64,000 bases of DNA from Paludibaculum sp. (GCA_029973955.1 JARKQJ010000249.1:19030-83029), one strand, 5' to 3'. Counted from the first letter of the stretch, positions 33,048 through 45,335 are shown. The notes: a model not told the origin generated them from the letters alone. Made by a program: numbers and translations.

Positions 33048-33066
33048 CCGATCCCCATCTTCTCAT

Positions 33067-33106
33067 GGCGCGGCGCCTCACCCAGAGGTTGCCGCGCCCT
33101 TGTTTT
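33067..33106 (+). terminator. Intrinsic terminator after tpiA
   Basis: GGCGCGGCGCCTC-ACCCA-GAGGTTGCCGCGCC followed by CTTGTTTT. Confidence 0.8.
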
Positions 33107-33273
33107 CTCTGCTCACCGTATTTGGTACTGATTCCTTTCAGTCGTGTGCCTGTAACCGGCGATTCTTCGCAGGTGGTTGATTCCAAATAGAGATTCATCC
33201 TTCCCATTCGGCCTCTCACCTGCTAGTATCCTCCCAGCGCATTCCGAGCCAATGCCCTCAAGGAGGTACCAAC

Positions 33274-34701
33274 ATGCCCAGAAAAGCCGCCAGGAAATCT
33301 CCCAAGCAAGCCCCCGACAAGTTCATTCAGATGGACACCAAGGCGCTCGCCTCATATGCTGAGCGTTACGCCTCCGGCAAGGCCCTGAGGGAGAAGTGCC
33401 CCCGCAAGGATCACGGCATCTGGAAGGCCCCGGCGCATCGGCCGGATGCGGTTTCGCTGGTGCTGGAAGCGGAAAAGGGCCGTCTCCCGGACCTCCTCCC
33501 GATGCGCCATGGACGCATGGTTCGCTCCGCTTTCACTTTCTATCGCGGCGCGGCCCTGACGATGGCCTCCGATCTATCCACCACACCCAACACGGGCATC
33601 CGCGTCCAGTGCTGCGGCGACGCTCATCTGTGCAATTTCGGCGGATTCGCCACGCCGGAGCGCCGCGTTTTGTTCTCAATCAACGACCTGGATGAGACAC
33701 TGCCCGCCCCCTGGGAGTGGGACGTCAAGCGACTCGCCGCCAGTTTCGTCGTCGCCTGCCGCGACAACGGCCTTTCCGATGCCGTCGCCCAGGATATCGT
33801 GCGCACCTGCGTGCGCAGCTATCGCGAATCCATGCACGAGTTCAGCCGCATGAGCACGCTGGAACTCTGGTATCACGCCCTCTACGCCAGCGACATCCTG
33901 GCTACGGTGAAAGACCCGGCCATCCGGCAGCGGATTATCAAGCGTGTCGAAAAAGAGAGAGCCAAGAGCGCCGCCGAAGAGATCTTCCCGAAGCTGGTGA
34001 CGCACCGGGGTGAGACACCCGTGATCAAGGACCAGTTGCCTACAATCTTCCACGCCGAGGGCCACTCGCCGGGCGAAGTGCAGAAGAGCGTCCTGGACGC
34101 TCTTGAGATCTACCGCGCGTCACTGCCGCACTCGATGCAGTCCCTGGTGAGCCGCTACACGGTCCGCGACGCCGCCATCAAGGTGGTGGGCGTCGGGAGC
34201 GTGGGTACCTTGTGCTGGGTGCTGCTGTTTATGGCCGGGGAGGGCGATCCGCTGTTCCTGCAGGTGAAGGAGGCGCGAGCGTCGGTGCTGGAGCAGTATG
34301 CGGGCAAGAGCGTCTTCGCCAACCATGGCCAGCGAGTGGTGAACGGTTACCGGCTGATGCAGTCGGCTTCCGACATGTTCCTTGGGTGGACCTACGGCCC
34401 GCAGCGCCACTTCTTCGTGCGCCAGTTGCGCGATGTCAAGATCAGCGCCAAGGTGGAGACCTTCGGGTCACGGGAGATGAGCCTCTACGCCAGTTGGTGC
34501 GGTAAGGCGTTGGCGCTGGCCCATGCTCGGTCGGGCGATCCCGTGCTGCTGGCAGGCTACCTGGGCAAGAGTCCGGCGATCGACGATGCACTGGCTCAGT
34601 TTGCGGTGGCTTACTCGAACCAGAACGAGAAGGACCACAGCGCGCTGGACCGCGCCGTCCGCAAGGGCACGGTCAAGGCCGTGTTCGAAGAGCAGGAGTA
34701 G
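33274..34701 (+). CDS. DUF2252 family protein
   Basis: RHGRM..SAFTFYRG, CGDAHLCNFG, NDLDE, PWEWDVKRLAAS, KVVGVGSVGT, VRQLRD, LALAHARSGD. Confidence 0.93.
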   Translation: MPRKAARKSPKQAPDKFIQMDTKALASYAERYASGKALREKCPRKDHGIWKAPAHRPDAVSLVLEAEKGRLPDLLPMRHGRMVRSAFTFYRGAALTMASDLSTTPNTGIRVQCCGDAHLCNFGGFATPERRVLFSINDLDETLPAPWEWDVKRLAASFVVACRDNGLSDAVAQDIVRTCVRSYRESMHEFSRMSTLELWYHALYASDILATVKDPAIRQRIIKRVEKERAKSAAEEIFPKLVTHRGETPVIKDQLPTIFHAEGHSPGEVQKSVLDALEIYRASLPHSMQSLVSRYTVRDAAIKVVGVGSVGTLCWVLLFMAGEGDPLFLQVKEARASVLEQYAGKSVFANHGQRVVNGYRLMQSASDMFLGWTYGPQRHFFVRQLRDVKISAKVETFGSREMSLYASWCGKALALAHARSGDPVLLAGYLGKSPAIDDALAQFAVAYSNQNEKDHSALDRAVRKGTVKAVFEEQE

Positions 34702-34769
34702 AGCCCGCGCGCCGCGGCCACCAGCGGCTCCGCCGCGGCGCTATTCATTTCAGTCGGCGAGGATCTCTC

Positions 34770-36458
34770 ATGGCCACCACACCCACCCCGCTTGTTCAGC
34801 GCCTCTTCCCGATCGCAGCCTGGCTGCCGCATTGCACGGGGGAAACGATTCGCGCCGACATCGTCGCCGGCCTGGCGCTGGCGGCCCTTCTGATCCCCGA
34901 AGGGATGGCCTATGCCGGCATTGCCGGAGTCGCCCCGCAGCTCGGCCTGTTCACCGCCGGCTTTGGACTGCTGACGTATGCCCTCTTCGGCTCCTCCCGG
35001 CACCTCGCGGTGGCGGCCACGTCGGGCTCTGCCGCCATGCTGGCGGCGTTCGTCGGACCGATGGCGCAGGGTGATGCCGCGCGCTATGCGATGCTGGCCT
35101 CGGCCACCGCGATCGCAGCCGGCGCGCTGCTGTGGCTTGGGTATTTCTTTAAGCTCGGCTTCGTTTCCGAGTTCATCGCGAAGCCCGTGCTGAAGGGGTT
35201 CGTCTTCGGCATCGCGCTCACCATCATCGTCAAGCAGGCGCCCAAGGTGATTGGCATCCACAAAGGCGCCGGAGGCTTCTTCGAGCAGATCTGGCACATT
35301 CTCACATCGCTGACGCACGTTCACATGTGGACGCTCGCCGTAGGGCTGGCCGCGCTGGTGATCACCTTCGGCCTGGGGGCCATTGCGCCGCGAGTTCCAT
35401 CGGCGCTGGTGGTCTTCATCGGTGGCATCCTCGCCTCGAAGTACCTGGGGCTGGAGCAGCACGGCGTGGAGGTGGTGGGCCTGATCCAGGGCGGCATTCC
35501 CCAACTCTCGTTTCCCGCCATCGGAATGGATGCGTGGCAGGATGTGTTCTCCGGCGCGGTGGGCATCGTGCTGATCATGTACGCCGAGGCGCTGGCGGCG
35601 GGGCGTACCTTTGCCGCGAAGTTTAAGTACGATATCGATGCGAATCAGGAGTTGGCCTCGCTGGGGATGTCCAATATCGTCAGCGGACTCTTCCAGGGCT
35701 TCGTGGTGGGCGGCGGCATGTCGGGTACGGCGGCCAACGTGGCAGGCGGCGCTCGTACGCAGGTTTCCACCATCCTTACGGCGATTCTGACGCTGGTCAC
35801 CGTGGCCTTCCTCACACCGATGTTCCGCGACCTGCCCGAGGCGGTACTGGGCGCCATCGTGATCCACGCCGTCGCGCATCTGGCCGATGTCGCCGAACTG
35901 CGCCGCTTCGCCCGTCTGCGCACGGGCGGCATTTATGTGGCACTGACCGCCCTCGTCGGAGTGTTGATCTTCGGCATCCTCAAAGGGCTTCTCATCGCGA
36001 TCTGCCTCACTCTGGCTGTACTGATGAAGCGCCTCAGCACGCCTCAGGAGTCCGTGCTCGGCCGCCTGCCCGGCACGCAGACTTTCGGTGACATCCAGCG
36101 CTATCCCGAAGCCCGGCAGATTCCCGGACTGCTCATCTTCCGGCCCAACGCGCTGCTGTTCTTCGCCAACGTGAACCGTGTTTTGGGCCACCTGCGCGAA
36201 CTCATCGCCAACGCCTCACCCACGCCGCACACCGTCATCCTCAACCTCGAAGCGGTTTCGGAGATCGATGTCACATCGCTCGATCTGCTCGAACAGTTGC
36301 GCGGTGATCTGATGGAGTCTGGTATCCAGCTCGCCTTGGCGCGCGTGAGCGGCCCGGTGCGCGACCTGCTCGATCGTAGCGGGTTCCTGGATCGCCTGGG
36401 CTCCGGCCACGTTCACAATCACGTCGCCGTCGCCGTGGAACACTACGAGCGCGCCTAA
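34770..36458 (+). CDS. SulP/SLC26 anion permease with a STAS domain
   Basis: [40 protein letters not shown]. Confidence 0.93.
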   Translation: MATTPTPLVQRLFPIAAWLPHCTGETIRADIVAGLALAALLIPEGMAYAGIAGVAPQLGLFTAGFGLLTYALFGSSRHLAVAATSGSAAMLAAFVGPMAQGDAARYAMLASATAIAAGALLWLGYFFKLGFVSEFIAKPVLKGFVFGIALTIIVKQAPKVIGIHKGAGGFFEQIWHILTSLTHVHMWTLAVGLAALVITFGLGAIAPRVPSALVVFIGGILASKYLGLEQHGVEVVGLIQGGIPQLSFPAIGMDAWQDVFSGAVGIVLIMYAEALAAGRTFAAKFKYDIDANQELASLGMSNIVSGLFQGFVVGGGMSGTAANVAGGARTQVSTILTAILTLVTVAFLTPMFRDLPEAVLGAIVIHAVAHLADVAELRRFARLRTGGIYVALTALVGVLIFGILKGLLIAICLTLAVLMKRLSTPQESVLGRLPGTQTFGDIQRYPEARQIPGLLIFRPNALLFFANVNRVLGHLRELIANASPTPHTVILNLEAVSEIDVTSLDLLEQLRGDLMESGIQLALARVSGPVRDLLDRSGFLDRLGSGHVHNHVAVAVEHYERA

Positions 36459-38536
36459 TCAGGCAGCGCGAAAGCATAGTAGCTTCCGCCCGACACGTTG
36501 CCCCACTTGCCGCCGCCGGCGCCGATCACCACGTACTGTTTCCCATTCACGACATACGTGGCGGGGGTCGAGTTGCCGGCCGCGTCCATGGTGTACTCCC
36601 ACAGCAGCTTGCCGGTGCGCTTGTCGAAGGCGTGCATCTTGTGATCGCTGTTGGTGGCGCCGATGAACAACAGTCCGCCGGCAGTCACCACGCCGCCGCC
36701 GTAGTTCTCGCTGCCCGTATTGCGAAGGCCCTTCTCCACCAGCGCCGGGAACTCGCCGAACGGCTGGCGCCACGCGTACTCGCCCGTGTTGAGGTTGATC
36801 GCATTGAGCGTTCCCCAGGGCGGGACCATGGCGGGGTAGCCTTCCGGATCGAGGAAGCGCACGTAGCCGTCCAGGCGGTACTTCTGTTCAAACGGCGACG
36901 CCGTGGTCTCGCTGGTCAACTCCTTGTCCTCGCCTTTCATGACATAGGCCAGCACAGCATCCAGCACCGGCGGCGGCAGGTGTCCGAAGCCGGGCATGCG
37001 GCCGGAACCCTTCGTCACCACGCCGCGAACCTGTTCCTCGGCCCGCCGCCCGCTGAGCGATGTCAGGGCCGGGAACTCCGGCGGAGCGCCCCGCATGTCT
37101 TCCCGGTGACAGGCCGCGCAGTAGCGCACGTACGCCGTCTTCCCGCTTTGACGGCCCTTCTGTTTGCGTTCGACCATCCGCATCAGCCACGCCATTTCAT
37201 TGGCGTTCACATAGAACAAACCCGTCTCCGGATCCCAGGCTCCGCCGCCCCACTCTCCGCCCCCGTCGAAGCCGGGAAAGATGATGGTTCCCTGAAAGCT
37301 CGGCGGCGAGAACTGCGCTCCGCTCTTCACCTCGCGCAGACGATTCAGCACATCGGCGTGTGCTTCCGGCGTGCGGTTTGTGACCATCTCCTCCGTGAAC
37401 ACCTGGCGTGCGAACGGCGCCGGCTTCAGCGGCAGCACCTGCTTTCCCGCCAGTTTTTCGCCGGGCACTTCGGACGCCGGCACCGCCACTTCCTCGAACG
37501 GAAACAGGCTCTTGCCCGTGTCCCGGTCGAACACCCAGACGTGGCCGGACTTCGTGATCTGCGCCACGGCGTCCACGCGCCTGCCGGCGTGCTGGACGGT
37601 GATGAGCGTTGGCGCTGATGGCAGGTCGCGGTCCCAGACATCGTGCCTGACGAACTGGAAGTGCCACTTCCGCTGCCCTGTCGCCGCGTCCAGCGCCAGC
37701 AGACAATTCGCAAAGAGATTGTCTCCGTGCCGGTTCGCGCCGTAGAAGTCGTCGGCGGCCGATCCAGTCGGTACGAACACCACGCCGCGCTGGGCATCCA
37801 GCGCCATGCCGCTCCAGTTGTTCACTCCGCCCAGATACTGGTACGCCTCTTTCGGCCAGGTCTCATAGCCGAACTCGCCGGGCTGCGGCAGCGTGTGGAA
37901 GATCCACTTCCGCTCGCCCGTGCGCACGTCAAACGCCCGGATATGCCCGGGCGCCGCGGGCAGACCCTCGCTCACGATGCTGCCGAGGATCAGCAGATCC
38001 TTGTAGATGACACCGGGCGTCGAGACACCCACCGAAACCGTGGAGGCGTCGCGGTCCAGCCCTTTGCGAAGGTCCACCCGCCCGCCCTCGCCAAAACTCC
38101 GCACCACCTGGCCCGTCTTCGCGTCGAGCGAGTAAAGGTATGGTCCGGCGGCGAAGAAGAGCCGCTCCGTCTCGCCGTCCTTCCAATAGTTGAACCCGCG
38201 GTGGCGGTACTTGCCCGAGCCCGGCTTGCCGTTGTGCGGATCGAACTTCCAAAGCTCCTTGCCGGTAGCGGGATCCAGTGCCATCACCCGCAACAGCGGC
38301 GAGGAGACGAGCATGCGCCCGCCGGCCACCAGCGGATTGCACTGCATCTCGCTGTCTTTGCGCGCCTCGCCCGTGTCGTACTTCCAGGCCAGCTTCAGCT
38401 TCGCCACATTGCCGGTGTGGATCTGCTTCAGTGCCGAATACTTCGTGTTTTCATAGCCGCCGTGGTACACCGGCCAGTCCTGCGCGCACAACGCGGCACA
38501 CGCAGCGAACGCCAACAACGTGGTTTTTCCCAGCAT
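36455..38536 (-). CDS. PQQ-dependent (glucose) dehydrogenase with an internal c-type cytochrome
   Basis: [38 protein letters not shown] heme motif, [14 protein letters not shown]. Confidence 0.9.
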   Translation of the reverse strand: MLGKTTLLAFAACAALCAQDWPVYHGGYENTKYSALKQIHTGNVAKLKLAWKYDTGEARKDSEMQCNPLVAGGRMLVSSPLLRVMALDPATGKELWKFDPHNGKPGSGKYRHRGFNYWKDGETERLFFAAGPYLYSLDAKTGQVVRSFGEGGRVDLRKGLDRDASTVSVGVSTPGVIYKDLLILGSIVSEGLPAAPGHIRAFDVRTGERKWIFHTLPQPGEFGYETWPKEAYQYLGGVNNWSGMALDAQRGVVFVPTGSAADDFYGANRHGDNLFANCLLALDAATGQRKWHFQFVRHDVWDRDLPSAPTLITVQHAGRRVDAVAQITKSGHVWVFDRDTGKSLFPFEEVAVPASEVPGEKLAGKQVLPLKPAPFARQVFTEEMVTNRTPEAHADVLNRLREVKSGAQFSPPSFQGTIIFPGFDGGGEWGGGAWDPETGLFYVNANEMAWLMRMVERKQKGRQSGKTAYVRYCAACHREDMRGAPPEFPALTSLSGRRAEEQVRGVVTKGSGRMPGFGHLPPPVLDAVLAYVMKGEDKELTSETTASPFEQKYRLDGYVRFLDPEGYPAMVPPWGTLNAINLNTGEYAWRQPFGEFPALVEKGLRNTGSENYGGGVVTAGGLLFIGATNSDHKMHAFDKRTGKLLWEYTMDAAGNSTPATYVVNGKQYVVIGAGGGKWGNVSGGSYYAFALPD

Positions 38537-38565
38537 AGGAGTTCCCGCCATTATAGACTGCCTTC

Positions 38566-41500
38566 ATGGCACGGATTTTCATCCCGCTCCTCGTCTGCCT
38601 GCTCGCGGTTTCGGCGCAGGATCGCTTCCCGAAACCCGACCCCAGTCACGAGTTCAACGAAATTAAAGTTCGCGACGAGCGCGGCGCCGCCGTCCGGACA
38701 CCGCGGGAAGATTGGGAGCGCGCGCGCCGCACCATTCAGGAGGATTCCTCCTGGGCGTCCTGGCTCGCCGCCCGCCGCGCCGAAACCGATGAGTGGATGA
38801 CCAACCGGCACGACCGCGTGGAATGGGTGGCCGGCTGGTGGCACGACTTCGTCAATGACAAGGACGGCGCCTTTCTCACCTGGACCCCTGAGCCGCCCCA
38901 GAACGTGACGCCCAAGGTCTTCGGCGGCTGGGTCTTTGGCTTCCGCACGCGCAACGGCGAGAAGATGCTCGAGGCCGCGCGGCTCTATCGCCTCACCGGC
39001 GAAAAGAAGTACGCCGAGTGGGCCGCCGCTCAACTCGACTTCTACGCCCAGCACTACCTCGAGTGGCCGATTCAGACTGCCAAGAGCAAGTCCCGCCTCA
39101 TGCACCAGTCGCTGGACGATGCCAACATGCTCGTCCGCTTCATCAGGACGGCCCACACGCTGGGCTCCTATCCCGCCGAGTCGCGCCGCGAAAAGTGGGG
39201 CGCACAACTGTTCCGGCCGATGGCGCTGCTGCTCGACGAGACCTTCCAGCGCGTGCACAATATCGCCTGCTGGCAGCGCACCGCCATGGCCATGGCCGGC
39301 CTCTACATGCGCGACGATCAACTCTGGGATCGCGCCATCGACGGCCCTTACGGCATCCGCCGCCAGATGCAGGACGGCGTCACCAGCGACGGGCTCTGGC
39401 TGGAACAATCGCTCGGCTACAACTCCTACGTCGTCTCCGCGCTGCTGCCGCTCTTTGAATACGCCGGTCTGGAAGGCCACCTGGACGAGATTCGCCGGCC
39501 CGCGGAGATCGCGGAAAATCTCATGCTGGGCCCCTCCGCGCTACGCTTCCCGGACGGCAAGCTGCCCACGCCGGCAGACTCTACGGGCAACCGCCAGAAA
39601 TGGCCCGAGCCCGGCATCCTGATCGCAGCCCGCCGCGTCTTTCCCACCACCATCGGACTCGCCGCCGCGGCCGGCCTCAAAAACTGGGACAACCTCATCG
39701 ATCCGCCCGCCGCGCCCGCTGCCGCCGTGATTCTGCCCGACGTGGCCAGCCGCAGCCTCGCCTCTTCCCGCATGGCGGTGCTGCGCCAGGGGCCGTGGCA
39801 ACTCTACTTCCACTACGGCCAGCTCGATCCTTCCCACGCGCAGGCGGAAGCGTTGAACTACGAGGTCTACTTCAACAACACCGACATTACGCACGATGCC
39901 GGCACCGTCGGCTACGGCTCGCCCCTCCACGCCGGCTACTACCAGAAGGGCCAGGCCCACAACGTGCCCTTGATCGACGGACTCGGCCAGGCCCGCTGGG
40001 CGCCCGGCGAACTCATCTCTTTCGCGCCGGACTCCGTGGCCGCCCGCCAGCCCGAGTACCGCCCCGGCGCCTCCGCCGAACGCCGCCTCACATTGCGCGA
40101 CGGTGCGCTGATCGACGAGGTCCGCGTCAGCACCACCGATGGCAAACCCCATCGCCTGGCCCTCTCGTATCTGCCGCAGGGCGCGGTGGAAGCGCCCGCC
40201 GGCTTCGAACCCGATCCGAATTTCAACCTGGCCTACTGGATCAATCCGCGCACAGCCAGGCCCGGCGCCGAGGCCGCATTCATCCTCAACTACGCCGGTC
40301 TCAAAATGCGCCTCACCATCAAGGCCAGCGCGCCGATGAAGGCGACCCTGGCCAACGCCCCCGACGCGCCGCCCAACCGGCGCGACGCCCTCTACTTCGA
40401 AATCGAAGGCACGGAGGCCACCTTCACCACGACGCTTCGGCCTCTCTCGCTGGACACCGCCGCTCTAGCCCCGCCCGCCGCCGACGCCCGCGCCGAAGCG
40501 CAGCGCCGCCGCATCGAACTCAACCTCCTGGGCGCCGCCGACACCGAGTCCGGTGAGAGCCGCCGCAATGAGAACGTGCAGTTCAATCTCGTCGACAACA
40601 ACGCGCTCAAGGAACTCAACGTCCGCCTCGGAACCACCGCCACCATCGTCAGCGAGTTCCGCGGAGACCGCTCCTACTTCGGCTCGGAGTTCGGTGTGGT
40701 GCCGCCCGCCCCGCCGCGCGTCGAAGGCACTCTCACCCGGGATTTCCACGGCCTGCTGCGCTGGGCTCATCTCAATAGCGTCACCTCCGCGCGCACGTTC
40801 TTTCAGGTGGGCGACGTCAAACCCGCGCATGAGAACGACTACGGCTTCCGCGTCTCGCACACCGTCTGGCGAGGCGCCGTCCTGCAGGCCGACGGCGGCC
40901 GCCAGCTGATCCGCGGCCAGGTGAACGGCAACGTCCTGGTGCCCAAAGCCGATGAGCGCACACCCCTCACCACCGACCCCGAAATCCTCCCCATCGTTGA
41001 AAAGTACCTGGCCGCCTACCCCAAGGAACTCCCCAATCGTCCCGACGTGAATCCCCGCGCGCTCAATACAAACTCTCCGCAGCGCGTCGACAACATCAGC
41101 GCGGCTCTCCGTCTGGATCAGGATCTCCAGAGCGCCGGTTCCCTCGCTCTCAACTACGCCTTCACGTCACAGGTGGTGGACGCCTTCCAACTCGTCTCCG
41201 GCCAGAACCCCGACACCACCACGAAGAGCCACCGCGCCCGCGCCACCTGGACGCGCACTTGGAACCCGCGCACCGTCTCGGACCTCACGCTTGGATTCGA
41301 CCGTCTCGGTTCGCTCCTCGTCCCGGAGCCCAATGCCGTGGGTCCCATGGTCTCCACCGGCGGCCTGGAAACCCTGGGGCCGCAAGCCATCATCCCGCTC
41401 GACCGCGCCATGAACCTCTTTCGCACCGCTGGCCGCCTCCGGCGCATGCAGGGCCGTCACCAGTGGTCTCTCGGCTTTGGCATCGACCGCCGCCAGATGA

Positions 41501-42969
41501 ACGGTGCCGAGACCGATGCCCACCGCGGCTTCTTTTCATTTGGCAACGACTTCGGCCGCGACTCCATCACCAATCTCCGCCTCGGCCTGCCCTCCCAGCA
41601 CATCGTCTCCATCGGCGATATTCACCGCGGTTTCCGCAACTGGGAGATGCAGTTCTATGGTGAAGGCCAGGCCCACCCCACCGCCAATCTCACCATCCAG
41701 TACAGCCTCCGTTATCAGCCCGTCACCGTGCCTTATGAGGTGAACCACCTCAACACCGTTCCCTATTCCAGCGACCTCAACAACTGGGCTCCCTCTCTTG
41801 GCCTGGCCCAGCGCCTGCCCGGCAAGTGGGGCGTGCTCCGCGCCGCCGGCGGAGTGCAGTTTGGCGAGATCTACCCGGTCACCTATTCGCAGGTGCGCTT
41901 CAGCCCCCCGGGCAGCGTCAAGATCGTCGTTCCCGCCCCCAATCTCGCTCACCCCCTGCTCACTGATCCCTCCAAGGTGAAGGGCAACATCTACGCACTC
42001 GACCCGGAACTCGCCACGCCTTACAGCGTGCAGTACAACGCCAGTTGGGAGCGCGAACTCGCCGCTCGCTGGCGCATCCAGCTCGGCTACGTCGGCAGCC
42101 GCTCGCAGAAGCTTCTCCTCATGTGGTACAAAAATCGCGCGCACCCCGTCCCAGGCATCCCGCAAACTACCGCCACCATCAACGACCGCCGCCCGGACTC
42201 TTCCATTGCCGACTACCGTTGGGTGCTCAACGGCTCGCGCGGCTACTTCGACGCCGGCCGCGCCACCGTGCTCACGCCCCGCTGGCATCGCCTTAGTCTG
42301 GAAGCGGCCTACTGGTGGTCCAAAGCCATCGACCTCGGCAGCGCCTACACCAACACCGCCTACGATGCCGATACCCGCCTTTCGCGCGCCGCCTATGAGT
42401 ACGAGACCCGCGGCGACATGCGTGGCCTCAGCACCTTCGATCAGCCCCACGCCTTTCTCTGCCGCGCCAACTATGAGCTGCCCGGCCGCAATAACGTTTG
42501 GGGCGGCTGGAATCTGGCGGCCGTGATGCTCTTCAAGCAGGGCACGCCGTTCACCGTGGTCTCAGGCAGCGACGCGCCCGGCTACGGCAACGTCGATGGG
42601 AACGGCAACGACCGGCCCATTCTGCTCGATCCCTCCATCCTCGGCCGCACCGTCGGCGATCCCGACACCTCGCGCCAGCTTCTGCCCCGTTCCGCCTTCG
42701 GCTTCATCCAACCCACCGATCCGCGCGGCAATCTCGGCCGCAGCACTTTCCGTAAGGGCGGCATTCGCAACCTCAACGCCAGTCTCCAGAAGACCTGGAC
42801 CCTCGACTCGATTCGCAAGATCGCCTTCCGCCTCGAGACCATCAACGCAACCAACACGCCGCAGTTTGCCGAACCCGGCCTCGAACTGGCCAACGGCAAC
42901 TTCGGCCAGATCACCAACACGCTCAACGAGGGCCGCACGTTCCGCGGCGGGCTGCAGTTCCTGTGGTGA
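38566..42969 (+). CDS. Fusion of a heparinase II/III-type polysaccharide lyase and a TonB-dependent-type outer membrane beta-barrel
   Basis: Signal peptide; aa 1 to ~625 with [42 protein letters not shown]; aa ~640-1467 with [59 protein letters not shown] and terminal LQFLW; single open frame. Confidence 0.8.
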   Translation: MARIFIPLLVCLLAVSAQDRFPKPDPSHEFNEIKVRDERGAAVRTPREDWERARRTIQEDSSWASWLAARRAETDEWMTNRHDRVEWVAGWWHDFVNDKDGAFLTWTPEPPQNVTPKVFGGWVFGFRTRNGEKMLEAARLYRLTGEKKYAEWAAAQLDFYAQHYLEWPIQTAKSKSRLMHQSLDDANMLVRFIRTAHTLGSYPAESRREKWGAQLFRPMALLLDETFQRVHNIACWQRTAMAMAGLYMRDDQLWDRAIDGPYGIRRQMQDGVTSDGLWLEQSLGYNSYVVSALLPLFEYAGLEGHLDEIRRPAEIAENLMLGPSALRFPDGKLPTPADSTGNRQKWPEPGILIAARRVFPTTIGLAAAAGLKNWDNLIDPPAAPAAAVILPDVASRSLASSRMAVLRQGPWQLYFHYGQLDPSHAQAEALNYEVYFNNTDITHDAGTVGYGSPLHAGYYQKGQAHNVPLIDGLGQARWAPGELISFAPDSVAARQPEYRPGASAERRLTLRDGALIDEVRVSTTDGKPHRLALSYLPQGAVEAPAGFEPDPNFNLAYWINPRTARPGAEAAFILNYAGLKMRLTIKASAPMKATLANAPDAPPNRRDALYFEIEGTEATFTTTLRPLSLDTAALAPPAADARAEAQRRRIELNLLGAADTESGESRRNENVQFNLVDNNALKELNVRLGTTATIVSEFRGDRSYFGSEFGVVPPAPPRVEGTLTRDFHGLLRWAHLNSVTSARTFFQVGDVKPAHENDYGFRVSHTVWRGAVLQADGGRQLIRGQVNGNVLVPKADERTPLTTDPEILPIVEKYLAAYPKELPNRPDVNPRALNTNSPQRVDNISAALRLDQDLQSAGSLALNYAFTSQVVDAFQLVSGQNPDTTTKSHRARATWTRTWNPRTVSDLTLGFDRLGSLLVPEPNAVGPMVSTGGLETLGPQAIIPLDRAMNLFRTAGRLRRMQGRHQWSLGFGIDRRQMNGAETDAHRGFFSFGNDFGRDSITNLRLGLPSQHIVSIGDIHRGFRNWEMQFYGEGQAHPTANLTIQYSLRYQPVTVPYEVNHLNTVPYSSDLNNWAPSLGLAQRLPGKWGVLRAAGGVQFGEIYPVTYSQVRFSPPGSVKIVVPAPNLAHPLLTDPSKVKGNIYALDPELATPYSVQYNASWERELAARWRIQLGYVGSRSQKLLLMWYKNRAHPVPGIPQTTATINDRRPDSSIADYRWVLNGSRGYFDAGRATVLTPRWHRLSLEAAYWWSKAIDLGSAYTNTAYDADTRLSRAAYEYETRGDMRGLSTFDQPHAFLCRANYELPGRNNVWGGWNLAAVMLFKQGTPFTVVSGSDAPGYGNVDGNGNDRPILLDPSILGRTVGDPDTSRQLLPRSAFGFIQPTDPRGNLGRSTFRKGGIRNLNASLQKTWTLDSIRKIAFRLETINATNTPQFAEPGLELANGNFGQITNTLNEGRTFRGGLQFLW

Positions 42970-43021
42970 GCTGCCCGCTGCTGCGTCTGCCGCCGGCCGC
43001 CGCACACCGGGCCGCGTCGCG

Positions 43022-43879
43022 CTACAGTTCCAGGTCGATGCCGAAGTCGCGCTTGATGTGTTCGCGATAGCCTTCGGTATCCAGCGAGTTGCGCTCAATC
43101 CACTCCTCGTCGGTCAAGGTCGCGCGCCATTGAAGGAATGGCCCCGCATCCGGGCCCGCCGGGTGGCGCAGTTTCCACGTGCCGCTCTCGATCACATCGC
43201 GGATCACCCCCGCCACCACCGTGGGCGGCGTGGGGTGTTGCAGCGAAGCGTGGAACAGTGCCGCCAGGTGCCTGCCCTGCCGGTACTCCGAGGGCGGCTG
43301 ATTCTTGATGGCGCGGGGCATCGGCGTGTCGATGATGCCCGGCTCCACCACCGCCACGCGCACGCCGAAGGGCTTCAACTCCTGCGCCAGCGCCTCGCTC
43401 GCAGCCTCCAGCGCGAACTTTGACGCCGCATAGGCGCCCAGCGGCGTGGAGGCGATTTTGCCCGATAGCGACGTCACGTTGATGATGCAGCCGCTGCCGC
43501 GCGTGCGCATCGCACGCACCACCTGCTGAATGCAGCGCAGCGCCCCGAAGTAGTTCGTCTCCATCACGGCGCGGATCTCGTCCATCCGCAACTCCTCGAT
43601 GGCCCCGTGTTTCTCGATGCCGGCGTTGTTCACCAGCACGTCGATGGAGACGCCGCGCGCGCGCTGTTCGGCAAAGCACGCGGCCACGGATTCGTCCGAG
43701 TCCACGTCCATCTGCTTCACTTCCAACGTCAGGCCTTCGGCCGCCGCGGTCTCGGCCAGTTGCGGGCAACGCTCGGGTTTCCTCATGGTGGCCACCACTC
43801 TGTGGCCGGCCCGCGCCAGTTCCAGCGCCGTCGCCAGACCTATGCCGGAGCTGGTTCCGGTAATCAGGACAGTTGCCAT
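43022..43879 (-). CDS. Short-chain dehydrogenase/reductase (SDR)
   Basis: VLITGTSSGIG, DVLVNNAG, YAASK, VVEPG. Confidence 0.93.
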   Translation of the reverse strand: MATVLITGTSSGIGLATALELARAGHRVVATMRKPERCPQLAETAAAEGLTLEVKQMDVDSDESVAACFAEQRARGVSIDVLVNNAGIEKHGAIEELRMDEIRAVMETNYFGALRCIQQVVRAMRTRGSGCIINVTSLSGKIASTPLGAYAASKFALEAASEALAQELKPFGVRVAVVEPGIIDTPMPRAIKNQPPSEYRQGRHLAALFHASLQHPTPPTVVAGVIRDVIESGTWKLRHPAGPDAGPFLQWRATLTDEEWIERNSLDTEGYREHIKRDFGIDLEL

Positions 43880-44012
43880 CCCAGGTGCCTCTTTCGTTTC
43901 CGTGGAATCTCTTGGAGCCGCAAGCCCCGCGGCCGTGGCAAGCAGGATAGCACACGCCCGGCCCGGCCCCGCGTCGTGGCTCACCGGCCGCATTTGTTGT
44001 ATCCCTTTAGAA

Positions 44013-45335
44013 ATGACCCGCCGCGAAGCGATCACCGCCGTATCCGCAGCCCGCATCGCAGGCGCCAACTCCAGGCCCCGCCTCGGCCTCATCGGCTGCG
44101 GAGGCCGCGGCCGTTACGTGGCCCGCTTCATGCAGGAAGCGGGCGCCGCCTTTGCCGCCGTCGCCGACGTCTACGCCAGCAATGCCGCCGCGGCCCGCGA
44201 ATGGGCCGGCGCCGGCTGCGCGGCGCACGGTGATTTCCGCCGCCTGCTCGACGACAAAGAGATCGACGCCGTGCTGGTGGCCACGCCCGACCACTGGCAC
44301 GCAGCCGCGGCCGTACTCGCCTGCCAGGCCGGCAAACATGTCTACGTCGAAAAGCCGCTGGCCTATTCCATCCGCGAAGGCCGCGCCATCGTGGCGGCGG
44401 CCGAGCGGTACAAGCGGATCGTCCAGCCCGGCATGCAGCATCGTTCCGCGCCGCACTTCGCCGAATGCGCGGAGCTCGTACGCTCTGGCCAGTTGGGCAA
44501 GATCCACTTCGTGCGCGTGTGGAACTCGGTGAACATGATCCCGGACGGGATCGGACGTGCGGCCGACGAACCCGCGCCAGAGGGGCTCAACTGGGAGATG
44601 TACTGCGGCCCCGCGCCGCTGGTGCCCTTCAACCGCAAGCGCTTCCTCTCCACATACCGCTGGTTCCGGGACTATTCCGGCGGCTACATCACCGATTACG
44701 GCACGCACCGTTTCGACACCGTGCACCAGATCATGGGCGTCGACGCGCCGCGCACCGCCAACGCCTCCGGCGGCCGCTTCTCTCTCAACGACGCGGGCGA
44801 ATTTCCCGACGTGCTCACCGTCACCTATGAATACCCCGGCTTCGTGCTCGTCTACGAGGGCATCCTTACCAACGCCTTCGGTCTGGGCCTGCGCACTCCC
44901 GGCATGAAATACTACAACGCCCGCGGACCCTACGACCGCCCCAACGGCATGGCCTTCCACGGAACCAATGGCACCCTGCTGGCCGACCGCATCGGCTACG
45001 AAATCTTCCCCGAACTCTCTTCCAGCACGTGGCCGCCGCGCACCTCGCCCGACGGCCCCGCCTTCCGCATGGAGCGCAAGCAAGTGATCGGCGCCGATGC
45101 CACCGCGCTCCACGCTAGGGCCTTCGTCGAAGCCATCCAAGGCCTGCGAGCCCCGGTGGCGCGCATCGAAGACGGCCATCGCGCCACCGTCATCGGCCAC
45201 CTCGGCAACATCAGCTACAGAACCGGACTCAAGTTGCGCTGGGACGCGGCCCAAGAGGATTTTCAGAACCAGCCCGAGGCCACGCGCCTGCTCGCCCGCC
45301 AGCCGCGCGCGCCGTGGGATCTGATCGGCGCCTGA
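44013..45335 (+). CDS. Gfo/Idh/MocA oxidoreductase, Tat-like signal
   Basis: MTRRE, GLIGCGGRG, ATPDHWH, GKHVYVEKP, YRWFRDYSGGYITDYGTH. Confidence 0.93.
   Translation: MTRREAITAVSAARIAGANSRPRLGLIGCGGRGRYVARFMQEAGAAFAAVADVYASNAAAAREWAGAGCAAHGDFRRLLDDKEIDAVLVATPDHWHAAAAVLACQAGKHVYVEKPLAYSIREGRAIVAAAERYKRIVQPGMQHRSAPHFAECAELVRSGQLGKIHFVRVWNSVNMIPDGIGRAADEPAPEGLNWEMYCGPAPLVPFNRKRFLSTYRWFRDYSGGYITDYGTHRFDTVHQIMGVDAPRTANASGGRFSLNDAGEFPDVLTVTYEYPGFVLVYEGILTNAFGLGLRTPGMKYYNARGPYDRPNGMAFHGTNGTLLADRIGYEIFPELSSSTWPPRTSPDGPAFRMERKQVIGADATALHARAFVEAIQGLRAPVARIEDGHRATVIGHLGNISYRTGLKLRWDAAQEDFQNQPEATRLLARQPRAPWDLIGA

Noticed and set aside
33165-33195. IHF-like site (AATCAA-N4-CTG on the minus strand), with a similar one near 7165-7190
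   Set aside because: Imperfect match to a short degenerate consensus; cannot be supported without genome-wide statistics
43022-43879. SDR as the DEH reductase partner of the lyase
   Set aside because: Convergent orientation and only generic SDR motifs; nothing in the sequence specifies the substrate
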